The position numbers were made by a program, and so were the translations under genes. Of a stretch of DNA of 64,000 nt, positions 28,985 through 38,820 are shown piece by piece. The notes beneath the pieces are model-generated. The model did not search any database and had not been told where the DNA came from. It saw only the letters and a list, made by a program, of their open reading frames with translations. How positions within the stretch are numbered: position 1 is the stretch's first letter; every line of letters starts with the position of its first letter. Source of the stretch: an uncultured Polyangiaceae bacterium (GTDB lineage Bacteria > Myxococcota_A > Polyangia > Polyangiales > Polyangiaceae); contig CAYZQO010000020.1 of NCBI GenBank assembly GCA_964480725.1, forward strand, positions 3,401 to 67,400. The letters are read 5' to 3'.

Positions 28985-31753
28985 TTACCGGATCTCGTCC
29001 CGACGCTTGCAGTCCTTGCTGCACTCCAGGCTGCCAACCGGGCCCGCGTCGCACTGCTCCCCCCGGTCGCTCTGGACGACGCCATCGCCGCAGAAGGGGC
29101 CCAGGGTGCAGTCGGGACTGCAGCCGCCGTACTCCCCCGTGTTGCCCTCGACGCCGTCGTCGCAGAGCTCCGAGCCGTTGCGGATCCCGTCCCCGCAGTA
29201 GGGCGCGGGCTGGCAGTCCGGTCCACACCCGCTGCCGTCCGCCGAGTACAGGACGTTCTCGTCGCCGTCGTCACAGGCCTCGTCCGGCGCGTTGACCACG
29301 CCGTCGCCGCAGTAGGGGCCCCAAGTGCAACTGGTCGCGCAGCCGCCGTAGGTCGTGTCGCTGTTGAGCGCGCCCTGATCGCAGAGCTCGTAGGCCTCCT
29401 GGACGACGCCATCGCCGCAGTACGGCGGGCGCACGCACCCCGCCGCGCAGGCGTCGGCGCCGGGGAACGAGTAGACGTCAGCGTTGAGGCCGTTGTCGCA
29501 CTCCTCGGGCCCCGGCGGGACGAAGTCCGGCCCCTGCCACACGCCGTCGCCGCAAATGGTGCGCCGGGTGCAGGTGGCGTCGCACTGACCGTATTCACCC
29601 GTGTTGTTCTCCGCCCCGTCGTCGCAGACCTCCCAGCCCGTGATGACGCCGTCGCCGCAGATGGGCGCGCAGCTCGAGCGCGGCGCGAGGAAGCCAGCGA
29701 GCGTGAGCTGGAAGTTCGACTCCACCGTGTGCCGCTCGGCGTGGAAGAGCACGATCTCGTAGACCCCACCCAGCTCGAGCCCGAAGCGGCGATCGTCGTC
29801 ACTCTCAGCCTCGCTGGGCTCGAGCCCGCACTCGGGCAGCTCGTCCTCCTCGTCCTCCAGCTCCGCGGCGTGCACGGAGCAGTCACTGTCGGTCGCGCCA
29901 TCGCCACCGTCGTCGCCGAGCACCACCCGCCCGTAGCGCGCGGTGTGCACGCCGCCGATGTCGACGGCGAGCCGCCCGTTGATGAAGACCCACACGTCGT
30001 CGTCGCCGCGGAAGGTGAGCGTCTCACCCCCACGGTACTGGAAGAAGTACCGGAGCTCAGTGGTGAAGAGGTAGTTGCGGCCGTCGTAGAATTCCCCGTA
30101 ATCGCAGGGGTCGTCGTCGAGCGGGAAGTGCTCGGTGCTGTCGTAGCGGTAGAGGTCCGAGCCGGGCGTCACCTGGTCGAGGCGGAGGGAATCCGCGTCG
30201 TGGCACATCTCGACCACGCCGTTCGGGCCCTCGGTGCTCGGGTCGTTCACGTCGCGATACCAGAGCGCGAAGGTTTCCGCGCTGGTGACGTACGTAAGGT
30301 CCTGATCGTCCTCCGTCAGGTGGAAGACCGGCTTGCCGTCGACGTCGAGCACCCCACAGGCGCCCTCGACACAGACCGCGCCCGGCTCATCCACGCAGGG
30401 CTCGGCGTTCGCCGTCGTACAGACCGGCCCCGGCATCTCCAGCGCCACCCCGCCGATTCGCCACTCGAAATCGGGGTGCCCGCCGTCCTCGGCACGTTCC
30501 ATGAAATCCCGGTACGTGACCGCGAACTCGACGAACTCGGGGAGCTCGAGGAGGCTCTCGCATGCGAAGCCGGGCTCCACGGTGCAATCCGCGGAGCAGC
30601 CGTCGCCGGAGACTCCGTTGCCATCATCGCAACCCTCGGTCGCGGTCTGCAGCCCGTCGCCACAGGTGACCGACACGACGGGGGCGGGTCCGACGGAAAC
30701 CAGGGGCTCGCTCTGGCAGGTGGGACCGCAACCGTCGCCGGCGATCTCGTTGCCGTCGTCGCAACCCTCGCCCGGCTCCACCACCTCGTTGCCGCACACG
30801 GCGGGCACGCAATCACCGCCCTCCACGGGGCAGGCGAAGCCCGGCTCGTTGCGGCACCCGGCGTTGCAACCGTCGCCGCCCTCGAGATCGCCGTCATCGC
30901 ACTCCTCGGCGCCGAGCACCACGCCGTCGCCACAGACGGGGACACAGGGCTCGCCAGGGGTGACGCAGAGCCAGCCGGCCTCCACCGCGCAGGCGGCGCT
31001 GCAGCCGTCGCCATCGTCCGCGTCGCCATCGTCACAGGCCTCGTCGGGCGAGCGCACCCCGTTGCCGCAGATCAGCGCGAGGCAGAGCTCGCCCGTCGCG
31101 GGGCAGAAGTAGCCAGGCTCCACCTCGCAGGCGTGCTCCGGATCCTCGGTCCCGCTGCAGCCATTGCCGGAGACGGCGTCGCCGTCGTCGCAGTCTTCCC
31201 CGCGCTCGAGCGCGCCGTTGCCGCAGACCGGGAGCTGAACGCAGGCGACCCCGGGGCGCGGGCAGACCCAGCCGGGCTCCACCGTGCAGAGCTCGGAGCA
31301 GCCGTCGCCGGACTCGGCGTCGCCGTCGTCGCACTCCTCGTTGCCCTCGAGCGCGCCGCTGCCGCACACCACCATGTCCACGCAGGGCTCACCCGGGACG
31401 CAGTCGAACTCGACGTCCTGGACGGTGCAGTCCGCCGAGCAACCGTCGCCATCGACAGTGCCACCGTCGTCGCAGAGTTCGCCCGGCTCGAGTTCGCCGT
31501 TGCCACAAACGTACTGGACGTCGGTGCCGCCAGTCGCGGGCGTGCCGCCGGTCTCGACGATGATCTGCTCGCCACCCGTGGAGGCCGGCGGGCTCCCGCC
31601 ACTGGCGGTCCCGCCCTCGCCGGCCGCGCCGGCGTCGGCGCCGGACTGAATCACCGACGGGTACTCCTCACAAGCAACCAGGAGCAGAACGCTCGATAGG
31701 AACGCGAGGGTCTGAACGCGGCGTCGCACGGCGGGCCTCCTCGGGGCGGGCAC
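28985..31753 (-). CDS. Lipoprotein with myxococcus-type cysteine-rich repeats flanking a fibro-slime (PA14-like) domain
   Basis: The signal peptide and lipobox are LAFLSSVLLLVAC. There are about 7 N-terminal and about 5 C-terminal CGNG..E.GE.CDDGN...GDGCS..C repeats. The central FTTELRYFFQYRGGETLTFRGDDDVWVFINGRLAVDIGGVH is the fibro-slime signature. Confidence 0.8.
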   Translation of the reverse strand: MPAPRRPAVRRRVQTLAFLSSVLLLVACEEYPSVIQSGADAGAAGEGGTASGGSPPASTGGEQIIVETGGTPATGGTDVQYVCGNGELEPGELCDDGGTVDGDGCSADCTVQDVEFDCVPGEPCVDMVVCGSGALEGNEECDDGDAESGDGCSELCTVEPGWVCPRPGVACVQLPVCGNGALERGEDCDDGDAVSGNGCSGTEDPEHACEVEPGYFCPATGELCLALICGNGVRSPDEACDDGDADDGDGCSAACAVEAGWLCVTPGEPCVPVCGDGVVLGAEECDDGDLEGGDGCNAGCRNEPGFACPVEGGDCVPAVCGNEVVEPGEGCDDGNEIAGDGCGPTCQSEPLVSVGPAPVVSVTCGDGLQTATEGCDDGNGVSGDGCSADCTVEPGFACESLLELPEFVEFAVTYRDFMERAEDGGHPDFEWRIGGVALEMPGPVCTTANAEPCVDEPGAVCVEGACGVLDVDGKPVFHLTEDDQDLTYVTSAETFALWYRDVNDPSTEGPNGVVEMCHDADSLRLDQVTPGSDLYRYDSTEHFPLDDDPCDYGEFYDGRNYLFTTELRYFFQYRGGETLTFRGDDDVWVFINGRLAVDIGGVHTARYGRVVLGDDGGDGATDSDCSVHAAELEDEEDELPECGLEPSEAESDDDRRFGLELGGVYEIVLFHAERHTVESNFQLTLAGFLAPRSSCAPICGDGVITGWEVCDDGAENNTGEYGQCDATCTRRTICGDGVWQGPDFVPPGPEECDNGLNADVYSFPGADACAAGCVRPPYCGDGVVQEAYELCDQGALNSDTTYGGCATSCTWGPYCGDGVVNAPDEACDDGDENVLYSADGSGCGPDCQPAPYCGDGIRNGSELCDDGVEGNTGEYGGCSPDCTLGPFCGDGVVQSDRGEQCDAGPVGSLECSKDCKRRDEIR

Positions 31754-31839
31754 GGTCTTGCCCCTGGCGGGAACCTATCCCCGGAAGGGTCCGCTGTCAG
31801 GCGTCTTCTCCAGCGTTCGCCGAATCGACCGAGCCCCGC

Positions 31840-32955
31840 CTACCCCGCCTCGAGCCAGGCGAGGGCGTCGCGATACAGCGCCGGCTCCCGTTCGAGAGCG
31901 ACCTCGTGAGCAAGGGAGGCCGGCGTCAGCAGGCGGAGCGGCACCCCGCTCCGCTCGAACCAGGTCCCCGCGCGGCGGGTCTCCGGCACGACGGCGTCAC
32001 GCTCCCCCGTGAGCAGGACGATCCGGCGCAGGTTCGGCCGGCTCCTCGCAACCAGTCCCGGGCCGCCGGGTCCGAGGTAACCGTCGCTGGCACCGAGGAT
32101 GAGCCAGCGAGAAAACGCCCGCGGCGACCGGACCCCCACGTTCATGGCCACGAAGGCGCCCTCGCTGAAGCCGATCAGCGTGTTCCCGTAGAGCTGGACG
32201 CGACGGCCAAACCGCGCGCGCAGCGCGGTGAGCGAGGCGGTGACGGCGGCGTACCCCGCCGACCAGTCGTTGTTCCAGGTCCGACCCCCGCCGTGGTACC
32301 CCGCGCCGCTCGGACAGACGAGCCAGCCGTGGCGGCGAGCGATCGGAGCCCAGCGGCGGCAGTCGCGCGCCGGGTCCCCGCCCCGCCCGTGGAGGTAGAA
32401 GATCACCGGTCGGAGCCCGAGCCGCCCGCGCCCCTCAGGCTCGTAGTAGTGGACGGGGGCGAGCCCGGGCAGATCGAGCCGATGCGGCCCGGGCGGGGCC
32501 GACGCCGCGGCGACCGGGGCCACGGTCGCCTCGTCCTCCGGCTGGGGCTGCTCGGGGGGGATCCGCAGGCGCTGGCCGACGCGCAGCAGGTCCGCCCCCT
32601 GAATGCCGTTGGCCCGGGCCAGGCTCGCGAGGCTGACGCGGTATCGGAGCGCGATCGAGCCGAGGGTGTCCCCGGGCACGACGACGTACCCGGCGGGCTC
32701 ACGCGGCAGCGGGGCGGCCGGGCGGGTCGGGAGGGACCCGGCCGGGATCACCAGCCGCCGACCGATGGCCAGAACGTCGGCCGGTCGCATCCCGTTCGCC
32801 GCCGCGAGCTCCTCGATCGTCACGCCGTACCGCCGGGCGATGGCGCCGAGCGTCTGCCCCTCGACGACCACGTGCTCGCGCGGCGCGGCCTGAGCGTGCA
32901 CGGCCAGCACACCCACCGTGCACGCGAGGCAAAGCACTCGGGCCCAGCGTCGCAT
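31840..32955 (-). CDS. Secreted 2x LysM domain / alpha-beta hydrolase (esterase-like)
   Basis: The start is ATG 32955 (MRRWARVLCLACTVGVLAVHAQA). Two LysM repeats are present (HVVVEGQTLGAIARRYGV.., YVVVPGDTLGSIALRYRV..). The nucleophile elbow is GFSEG. Confidence 0.75.
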   Translation of the reverse strand: MRRWARVLCLACTVGVLAVHAQAAPREHVVVEGQTLGAIARRYGVTIEELAAANGMRPADVLAIGRRLVIPAGSLPTRPAAPLPREPAGYVVVPGDTLGSIALRYRVSLASLARANGIQGADLLRVGQRLRIPPEQPQPEDEATVAPVAAASAPPGPHRLDLPGLAPVHYYEPEGRGRLGLRPVIFYLHGRGGDPARDCRRWAPIARRHGWLVCPSGAGYHGGGRTWNNDWSAGYAAVTASLTALRARFGRRVQLYGNTLIGFSEGAFVAMNVGVRSPRAFSRWLILGASDGYLGPGGPGLVARSRPNLRRIVLLTGERDAVVPETRRAGTWFERSGVPLRLLTPASLAHEVALEREPALYRDALAWLEAG

Positions 32956-33038
32956 GGACCCGCTCGCTAGCACGAGGGCCGGCGCTGGCCAAAGGAACAG
33001 CGCCGCCTCGGCGCCGCCTCGGCGCGCGAAGGGGCCCG

Positions 33039-34967
33039 CTAGTCCGCGGCCTCGGCGCGGGCTCGCCGCTGACCAGCGACGAGCCCGTAGTACGCCGTCG
33101 TCGCCTCGCGCTCGGTGATCAGCCACGCTGCCCGCCCGCTCCCGTCCACCACCGGGAGGACGTGCGTGCTCGACTCGAGCATGCTGCCGAGCACGACGGA
33201 GAGCGGATCGGTTTCCTTGACGCCCCGCACGGGCACCGCCAGATCGGCGGCGACCACGACGAAGGCGAGCGCGGGATCGAGCATCCCCTCGTCGAGGGTG
33301 CGCCGCTCGATGACGCCGTGCAGCCGACCCGCGGCATCGACCACCACGACCGCATCGTCCGCGCTGCGCTCGAGCCCCGCCGCAATATCGGCGGGCGGCG
33401 CGCCGGCCGCGACGACGACCGGGGCGCGTGGCGCCGCGACCAGATCGCGAGCCAAGAGCGTGTCGAGCAGGCTCACCTCGCCGTCGGCAGCGCGGGACTG
33501 GCGTTGGGCCGGGTACAGGCACACCCGGCGCGACAGGAGATAGCCGAGGCCGACGCTGAGCATGAGCGGGACCAAGAGGTCGTAACTCCCGGCCATCTCG
33601 CTGATCATCACCACCGCCGCGACCGGAGTGTGGGCGAGCCCACCGTAGAAGGTCCCCATCCCCACCAGGGCGAACGCCCCCGGATCGGGCGCGTCGGGGA
33701 GCACCAACTGCACGGCACAACCGAACGCCCCGCCGAGCAGCCCACCGATGGCGATGGAGGGCCCGAAGTCTCCGGCGCTGCCGCCCGACTCGAGGGTGAG
33801 CGCGGTGGCTAGCATCTTGACGATCGCGAGCCCCCCGAGCAGGAGCACGGCGGTCCAGCCGCTCGGCATCCAGTCGGGCCGCAGGATCGCCGCCTGCGCC
33901 GCGCCGTAGCCCGAGCCGAGGATCCCGATCCCCTGGTGCACGCGGCCGAGGCTCGGGTTGACGAGGGTGATCCAGAGCAGCGCCAGCAGCCCGAGCGCGA
34001 GGCCCCCGACCCCGGGCCCGAGCCACCGCGGGACCCGAGACCAACGGAAGAGCCCGCGCACGACGCGGAGCTGGGCGAGGAAGAGGTACCCACCGAGGCT
34101 GATGAAGAGGGCCAGCGGGACGAAAAGCCACAGGCCACGCGGGTCGAAGGGGTAGGCGTCAGCAACGCCGAAGACGGGCACGTCCGAGGGGAACACCAGG
34201 CGGAACACGGAGTACGCCGTGACGCTCGAAAGGATCGCGGGCACGAGCGCGTCGGACTCGAAGTCGTCGCGGTAGAGCACTTCGGTCGCCAGCAGGCCCG
34301 CGCCAAGCGGGGTGCCGAAGACCGCGGAGAGTCCTCCCGCCGTCCCCGCGACCAGCAGCAGCCGCCGATCGCGCTCGCTCAGCCGCAGGGCGCGCCCGAC
34401 GAGGTTGCCGACGGACGCGCCGATCAGCATGGTGGGCCCCTCGCGCCCCCCGGAGCCGCCGGTGCCGAGCGTGCCCAGCGTGGCCGCGAGCTTGAGCGCC
34501 ATCACCCGACGCCGCAGGCTCCCGCCGTGGTGGAAGGCCTCGACGTAGGCGTTGCCGCCGCCGCCGAGCACCTCCGGCGCCAGGAAATGCCCGAGGAGCC
34601 CGGTCACCAGCCCTCCCACCGCGGGCACCGCCACCAGGAGCCAGGGGACGAGGACACCGGAGGAGTCCTCGCCGAAGAGGGCGAGCTCCCCACGCGCATG
34701 GAGCGGCGCGTAACCGGCGAGCCCCTGGAGGAAGATCCGCTCGGTGAGGCCCAGGCCGTAGACGAAGATGCAGGCGACCAGACCGACCGCGGTGCCCACC
34801 GCCAGACCCAGGAGCAGGGTCCGACCGGCGTGGCGTAGCTCGAGATCGCGCAGCGGCGCCGCCAGCGAGCGCAGGACCGTGAGCGGCAGCTCGCGCACGA
34901 GCCGCTCGTCGGGCCACGCAAAGATGGGTGGCAGGCTTCGGAGCCGCTCTCGCGGACGATCGGGCAT
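33039..34967 (-). CDS. ClC-family voltage-gated chloride channel/antiporter with C-terminal CBS pair
   Basis: GSGGREGP, GTPLGAGLLATEVL and multiple TM segments are present. The C-terminal CBS-like region is ..VVVVDAAGRLHGVI.. and ..HVLPVVDGSGR... Confidence 0.9.
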   Translation of the reverse strand: MPDRPRERLRSLPPIFAWPDERLVRELPLTVLRSLAAPLRDLELRHAGRTLLLGLAVGTAVGLVACIFVYGLGLTERIFLQGLAGYAPLHARGELALFGEDSSGVLVPWLLVAVPAVGGLVTGLLGHFLAPEVLGGGGNAYVEAFHHGGSLRRRVMALKLAATLGTLGTGGSGGREGPTMLIGASVGNLVGRALRLSERDRRLLLVAGTAGGLSAVFGTPLGAGLLATEVLYRDDFESDALVPAILSSVTAYSVFRLVFPSDVPVFGVADAYPFDPRGLWLFVPLALFISLGGYLFLAQLRVVRGLFRWSRVPRWLGPGVGGLALGLLALLWITLVNPSLGRVHQGIGILGSGYGAAQAAILRPDWMPSGWTAVLLLGGLAIVKMLATALTLESGGSAGDFGPSIAIGGLLGGAFGCAVQLVLPDAPDPGAFALVGMGTFYGGLAHTPVAAVVMISEMAGSYDLLVPLMLSVGLGYLLSRRVCLYPAQRQSRAADGEVSLLDTLLARDLVAAPRAPVVVAAGAPPADIAAGLERSADDAVVVVDAAGRLHGVIERRTLDEGMLDPALAFVVVAADLAVPVRGVKETDPLSVVLGSMLESSTHVLPVVDGSGRAAWLITEREATTAYYGLVAGQRRARAEAAD

Positions 34968-35046
34968 GAGGACGACAGCTCCGCTGAAGCTAGATCCCGC
35001 GGGCAGGCTCCCCCGCCCCCCTCACCTTGTCAACCGGGGCCGGGGC

Positions 35047-37755
35047 TCAGCGCTCCGGCCACACGACGAGCGCGGGGTCCGGCCGGATCCCGAAGCTGCC
35101 GATGCCAAGCTCACCCTGCTCGTTGTCGCCCCAGCAGGCGACGGTCCCGTCGCCGAGCAGCGCGCAGGTGTGGTTGGCGCCGGCATCGACGGCGAGAGCG
35201 TTCCCCAGATCGACCACCGGTGCCGGCGCGCTGCCGTCGTCGAGACTGCCCCGCCCGAGCGCTCCATCGCTGCCATTCCCCCAGCAGAGGACGGCGCCGG
35301 TCCCTTGCCGTGCGCAGGTGTGCTGCCCCCCAACCGTGATGGCAACCACGTCCGTGAGCCCGGGGATCTCGACCGGAGCGTCCAGCGTCGTAGCAACACC
35401 GCTGCCGAGCTGGCCGCACCCGTTGTCGCCCCAGCAGCGGACGGTCTTGCCGGCGAGGAGCGCGCAGGTGTGGCTGTCGCCGGCTGCGATCGCGACCGCG
35501 TCGCTGATTCCGTCGACGGGGACCGGGGTGACACTGAGCGCGGGTGCTTCTCCGACGAAGGGGCCATCGCCGAGCTGGCCGTAGTCGTCGGCACCCCAGC
35601 AGAGCACGGCCCCGCTCACCAGCGCGCAGGTGTGGTAGGCGCCGGCGGCGAGCCGCGCCACCCCGGTGAGCCCGGAAACCGCTAGAGGCGTCGTGCTTCC
35701 GTCGACAGAGCCCGGGTCGCGCGCGAGCTGTCCGGAGTAGTTGCTGCCGAAGCAGGCCACGGTACCGTCGGATCGCAGTGCGCAGGTGTGGTCATGCCCA
35801 CCGGCCACCTCGAGCGGTGTGCCGGCGTCCGGCACCGCCACGGGGGCGAGCTGGTTGTCGTAGGAGCCGTCGCCGAGCTGACCGAGATCGTTGTCCCCCC
35901 AGCAGACGAGCTCGCCGCCCGTGCGCAGCGCGCAGGCGTGGGCCCCGCCTACGAAGAGCGCCGTGGCATCGGTGAGCCCCGCGACGACAACGGGATCGCT
36001 GCTGCGCTCCCCGGCGCCGTCGCCGAGCTGGCCCCAGGCGCCGTCGCCCCAGCACTCGACCGTCCCTGCTTCGAGCAGCGCGCAGCTGAAATCCATCGCG
36101 GCGCCGATCGACTCGACCCCGGTGAGGCCTGGGACGACCTGGGGCAGCGCGTAGTCTGCCACGACGCCGTCGCCGAGCTGACCCGCGGTGTTGCTCCCCC
36201 AGCAGCTCACGGCTCCGTCCGCGAGCAGGGCACAGGTGTGGTACCCACCCGCCGCGAGCGCGCTCACGCCGCTGAGCCCGGTCGACGTCGCCGGGAGGTT
36301 ACGGCCCTCGAACATACCGTCGCCGAGCTGGCCAGAGTGGCCGGCTCCCCAGCAGCTGACCGTGCCGCCCGCGCGAAGGGCGCAGGTGTGATAGCCGCCG
36401 GCGCTGAGGGCGCTCGCGTCTTCGAGCTCGACCACCGGGACCGCGGCGACCGGCAGCGTGTCGCGACCGCTGCCGAGCTGCCCGTAGTCGTTGTCGCCCC
36501 AGCAGCTCCCGCTGCCGTCGGCGAAGAGCGCACAGCTGTGGTTGTCGCCCGCCGTGATGGCGACCGCGGGCGCCACTAGCTCGATCGGTACGGGCGCGGC
36601 GCTCTGAGCGGTCGTGTTGCGATCGAGGGCGAGCTGACCGTGCGAGTTTCGCCCCCAGCACCAGACGGAGCCGTCGGTACGCCGGGCGCAGGAGTGGCCC
36701 CCTCCCGCCCGGACCTCCACAACGGGACCACCGACGTCCACCTCGATCGGCTCCGCGCTGGCCCCCACGACGGCGTCGTCACCGAGCTGGTGGGACCCGT
36801 TGTTGCCCCAGCACCGCACGGTCTGGTCGGCGAGCAGGGCGCAGGTGTGCCGGTAGCCCGCGTCGACGGCCACCACGCCGGCGAGGCGCGTCACCTTGAT
36901 GGGCACGGAGCTGCCGCCCGAGTACCCGTCGTAGACGTAGCCGAGCTGCTCCTCGCAGTTGGCGCCCCAGCAGGCGACGGTGCCGTCGGCGCGCAGGGCG
37001 CAGGCATGCTCGCCGCCCACCGTGATCCCCCGAGCATCGGCGAGCTCCACCACCTCGACGGGCAACGCGCTGTCATCGGTGAAGCCGTCACCGAGCTGCC
37101 CGAACGAGTTGAGGCCCCAGCAGAAGACCCTCCCGTCACTCCGCCGCGCGCAGGTGCCGTACTCACCCGCGGCCAATTCGGCGATGAACGGCACGCACTG
37201 CCGGTCGGAGCCGGGCGTCCCCTCGGCGATCACGCCGGCGGGGCAGACGCTCCAGGGCACGCAGGGCGTCGCCGGATCGGCGTCGTCATCCCAGCTCCCG
37301 GCCGCGCACTCGCCACCCGCCGCGCCCCCATCGCCGCCGCTCGGTGGCGCGCCGCCCTCGCCCCCCACGGCCCCCGTTCCACCGACGCCACCCGTCGCAC
37401 CACCGCCCCCGCCACCCATGCCGCCCCCGCCGCTCGGCGACTCACCCCCGTCGCCCTCGTCGCCGCCGGCGACACCGCCGAGCCCGTCGCCGCCGGCGAC
37501 ACCGCCGAACCCGTCGAGCCCACCGCCGGCGCCGCCCTGAGCAGCACCGCCCGACGACGCGCCCGCGCGGGCCGTGGCCTCGGCCCCGCTCGCGCCAGCG
37601 GAGTCGCTGGCGCCGCCCGCCTCACCCGCCGAGCCCCCGGCAGGGTCCGCGCGGCGGGAGTACCCGTCGAGATCCATACAGCCGGCGGCGAGCGCCGGTA
37701 GGGCCAGGGTGAGGGCCGCAGCCCCGAAGCGCTTCGCTCGATCCGACATCCCCAT
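35047..37755 (-). CDS. RCC1-repeat lipoprotein (14 repeats, likely a double 7-bladed beta-propeller) with Gly-rich linker
   Basis: The lipobox is LALPALAAGC, followed by a roughly 150-aa Gly/Ala/Ser-rich region. There are 14 copies of ..H(T/S)CAL..DG.V.CWG.N..GQLG.. . Confidence 0.85.
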   Translation of the reverse strand: MGMSDRAKRFGAAALTLALPALAAGCMDLDGYSRRADPAGGSAGEAGGASDSAGASGAEATARAGASSGGAAQGGAGGGLDGFGGVAGGDGLGGVAGGDEGDGGESPSGGGGMGGGGGGATGGVGGTGAVGGEGGAPPSGGDGGAAGGECAAGSWDDDADPATPCVPWSVCPAGVIAEGTPGSDRQCVPFIAELAAGEYGTCARRSDGRVFCWGLNSFGQLGDGFTDDSALPVEVVELADARGITVGGEHACALRADGTVACWGANCEEQLGYVYDGYSGGSSVPIKVTRLAGVVAVDAGYRHTCALLADQTVRCWGNNGSHQLGDDAVVGASAEPIEVDVGGPVVEVRAGGGHSCARRTDGSVWCWGRNSHGQLALDRNTTAQSAAPVPIELVAPAVAITAGDNHSCALFADGSGSCWGDNDYGQLGSGRDTLPVAAVPVVELEDASALSAGGYHTCALRAGGTVSCWGAGHSGQLGDGMFEGRNLPATSTGLSGVSALAAGGYHTCALLADGAVSCWGSNTAGQLGDGVVADYALPQVVPGLTGVESIGAAMDFSCALLEAGTVECWGDGAWGQLGDGAGERSSDPVVVAGLTDATALFVGGAHACALRTGGELVCWGDNDLGQLGDGSYDNQLAPVAVPDAGTPLEVAGGHDHTCALRSDGTVACFGSNYSGQLARDPGSVDGSTTPLAVSGLTGVARLAAGAYHTCALVSGAVLCWGADDYGQLGDGPFVGEAPALSVTPVPVDGISDAVAIAAGDSHTCALLAGKTVRCWGDNGCGQLGSGVATTLDAPVEIPGLTDVVAITVGGQHTCARQGTGAVLCWGNGSDGALGRGSLDDGSAPAPVVDLGNALAVDAGANHTCALLGDGTVACWGDNEQGELGIGSFGIRPDPALVVWPER

Positions 37756-37758
37756 CGC

Positions 37759-38787
37759 TCAGAAGCTCCTCTGCCAAGTGATCCCTGCCCCGCCCGGCGC
37801 CAAGGTCGGCGTGAGCGTCGCGCGCCGCGGCGAGCCCTCGCCGGGGCGGGCAAGCCCGAGGTACAGTCCGGCGCCGAGGGCCGCGCCGCCGGCGGCCAGC
37901 GAGACGGTGCTCACGAGCTGGCGCGTCCGCGCACGCTTCACGGCGTCCATCCCCTCCCCGTCACAGCGGAGATCGGCGTCGCAGCGCTCGTCAATGGTCC
38001 CCTGCTCGGACCAGGCGAGCGCACGCAGGACACCGCCCGCGACCAGGCCTGCGACGCCAACCCCGCCGAGCACGAGCGCGGCCGTCCGGTTACCGTGGCG
38101 GGCTTCGCCGGACTCGGCCGCGACCGCCGCTGGAGGCGCCGGCTCCACGGAGCGCGCCGCGGGAGCTCCTTCGCGGCGCGCGGGCGCGGCCGCCAGGTCC
38201 CCCGGCTCGCAGCGGAGCTCCGCGCGCTCCCCCTCCGCGAGATCGACCTCGTAGCGGCGCGCGACCCGACCGGGCGCAGCGACCACCACCACGTGGGGGC
38301 CCGGATCGGCGGGTAACCCGAGGCCGTCGCTGCTCCGCCCCACGGGCACGCCGTCGCGGGTCACCGTGACGTCGCCGTCCGGTGGGAAGCGAAGCGTGAG
38401 ACGCGGGAGGCGCGGCTCCAACTCGGCCACCAGGGCCGCCACCTGCGGCCGCCGATCGTCGTCGGGAGGGAGTTGCTCCAGCGCTTGCTGGAAGCGGGTC
38501 CACGCCGTAGCGAGCCGCCCCTGCCGCTGGTCGCAGGCCGCGATGTTGAGGAGCGTGCCCACGGCGGGGTCGAGCCGGTAGCTCTCCTCGAATTTGGGAC
38601 AGGCGATCGCGTGATCCCCGGCCGCCGTCGCTTCCCGTGCCTCCTGGAAGAGGGCCCGGGCCGCGACCGGATCCCGGGCGTCGGGATCCGCCGCCGCATG
38701 CCCGGCCCACGCCGACCCAAGCGCGCCAATCGTGAGCGCCATCGGCAGCGACCATCGACGGGAGGACCAGGGGCGGGGAGCGACCAT
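37759..38787 (-). CDS. Membrane protein with helical Cys-containing N-domain, PEGA-like beta segment and two TM helices (paralogue of 52620..53594)
   Basis: It has a signal peptide. ACPKFEESYRLDP..NIAACDQRQGRLATAW is TPR-like. Then come a beta-rich segment, TM AALVLGGVGVAGLVAGGVL, a second hydrophobic segment, and a ..WQRSF end. Its stop lies 3 nt before the RCC1 gene start. Confidence 0.65.
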   Translation of the reverse strand: MVAPRPWSSRRWSLPMALTIGALGSAWAGHAAADPDARDPVAARALFQEAREATAAGDHAIACPKFEESYRLDPAVGTLLNIAACDQRQGRLATAWTRFQQALEQLPPDDDRRPQVAALVAELEPRLPRLTLRFPPDGDVTVTRDGVPVGRSSDGLGLPADPGPHVVVVAAPGRVARRYEVDLAEGERAELRCEPGDLAAAPARREGAPAARSVEPAPPAAVAAESGEARHGNRTAALVLGGVGVAGLVAGGVLRALAWSEQGTIDERCDADLRCDGEGMDAVKRARTRQLVSTVSLAAGGAALGAGLYLGLARPGEGSPRRATLTPTLAPGGAGITWQRSF

Positions 38788-38820
38788 CACCGAGTCATAC
38801 CTCTGTGCGCGGGAATCCGG

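Noticed and set aside
34968-35046. A fluoride (crcB-motif) riboswitch upstream of the ClC channel gene.
   Set aside because: The 79-nt leader lacks the conserved GAUGG...AACCGCC...GCUGAUGAU blocks. The channel also carries CBS domains, unlike riboswitch-controlled ClC-F proteins.
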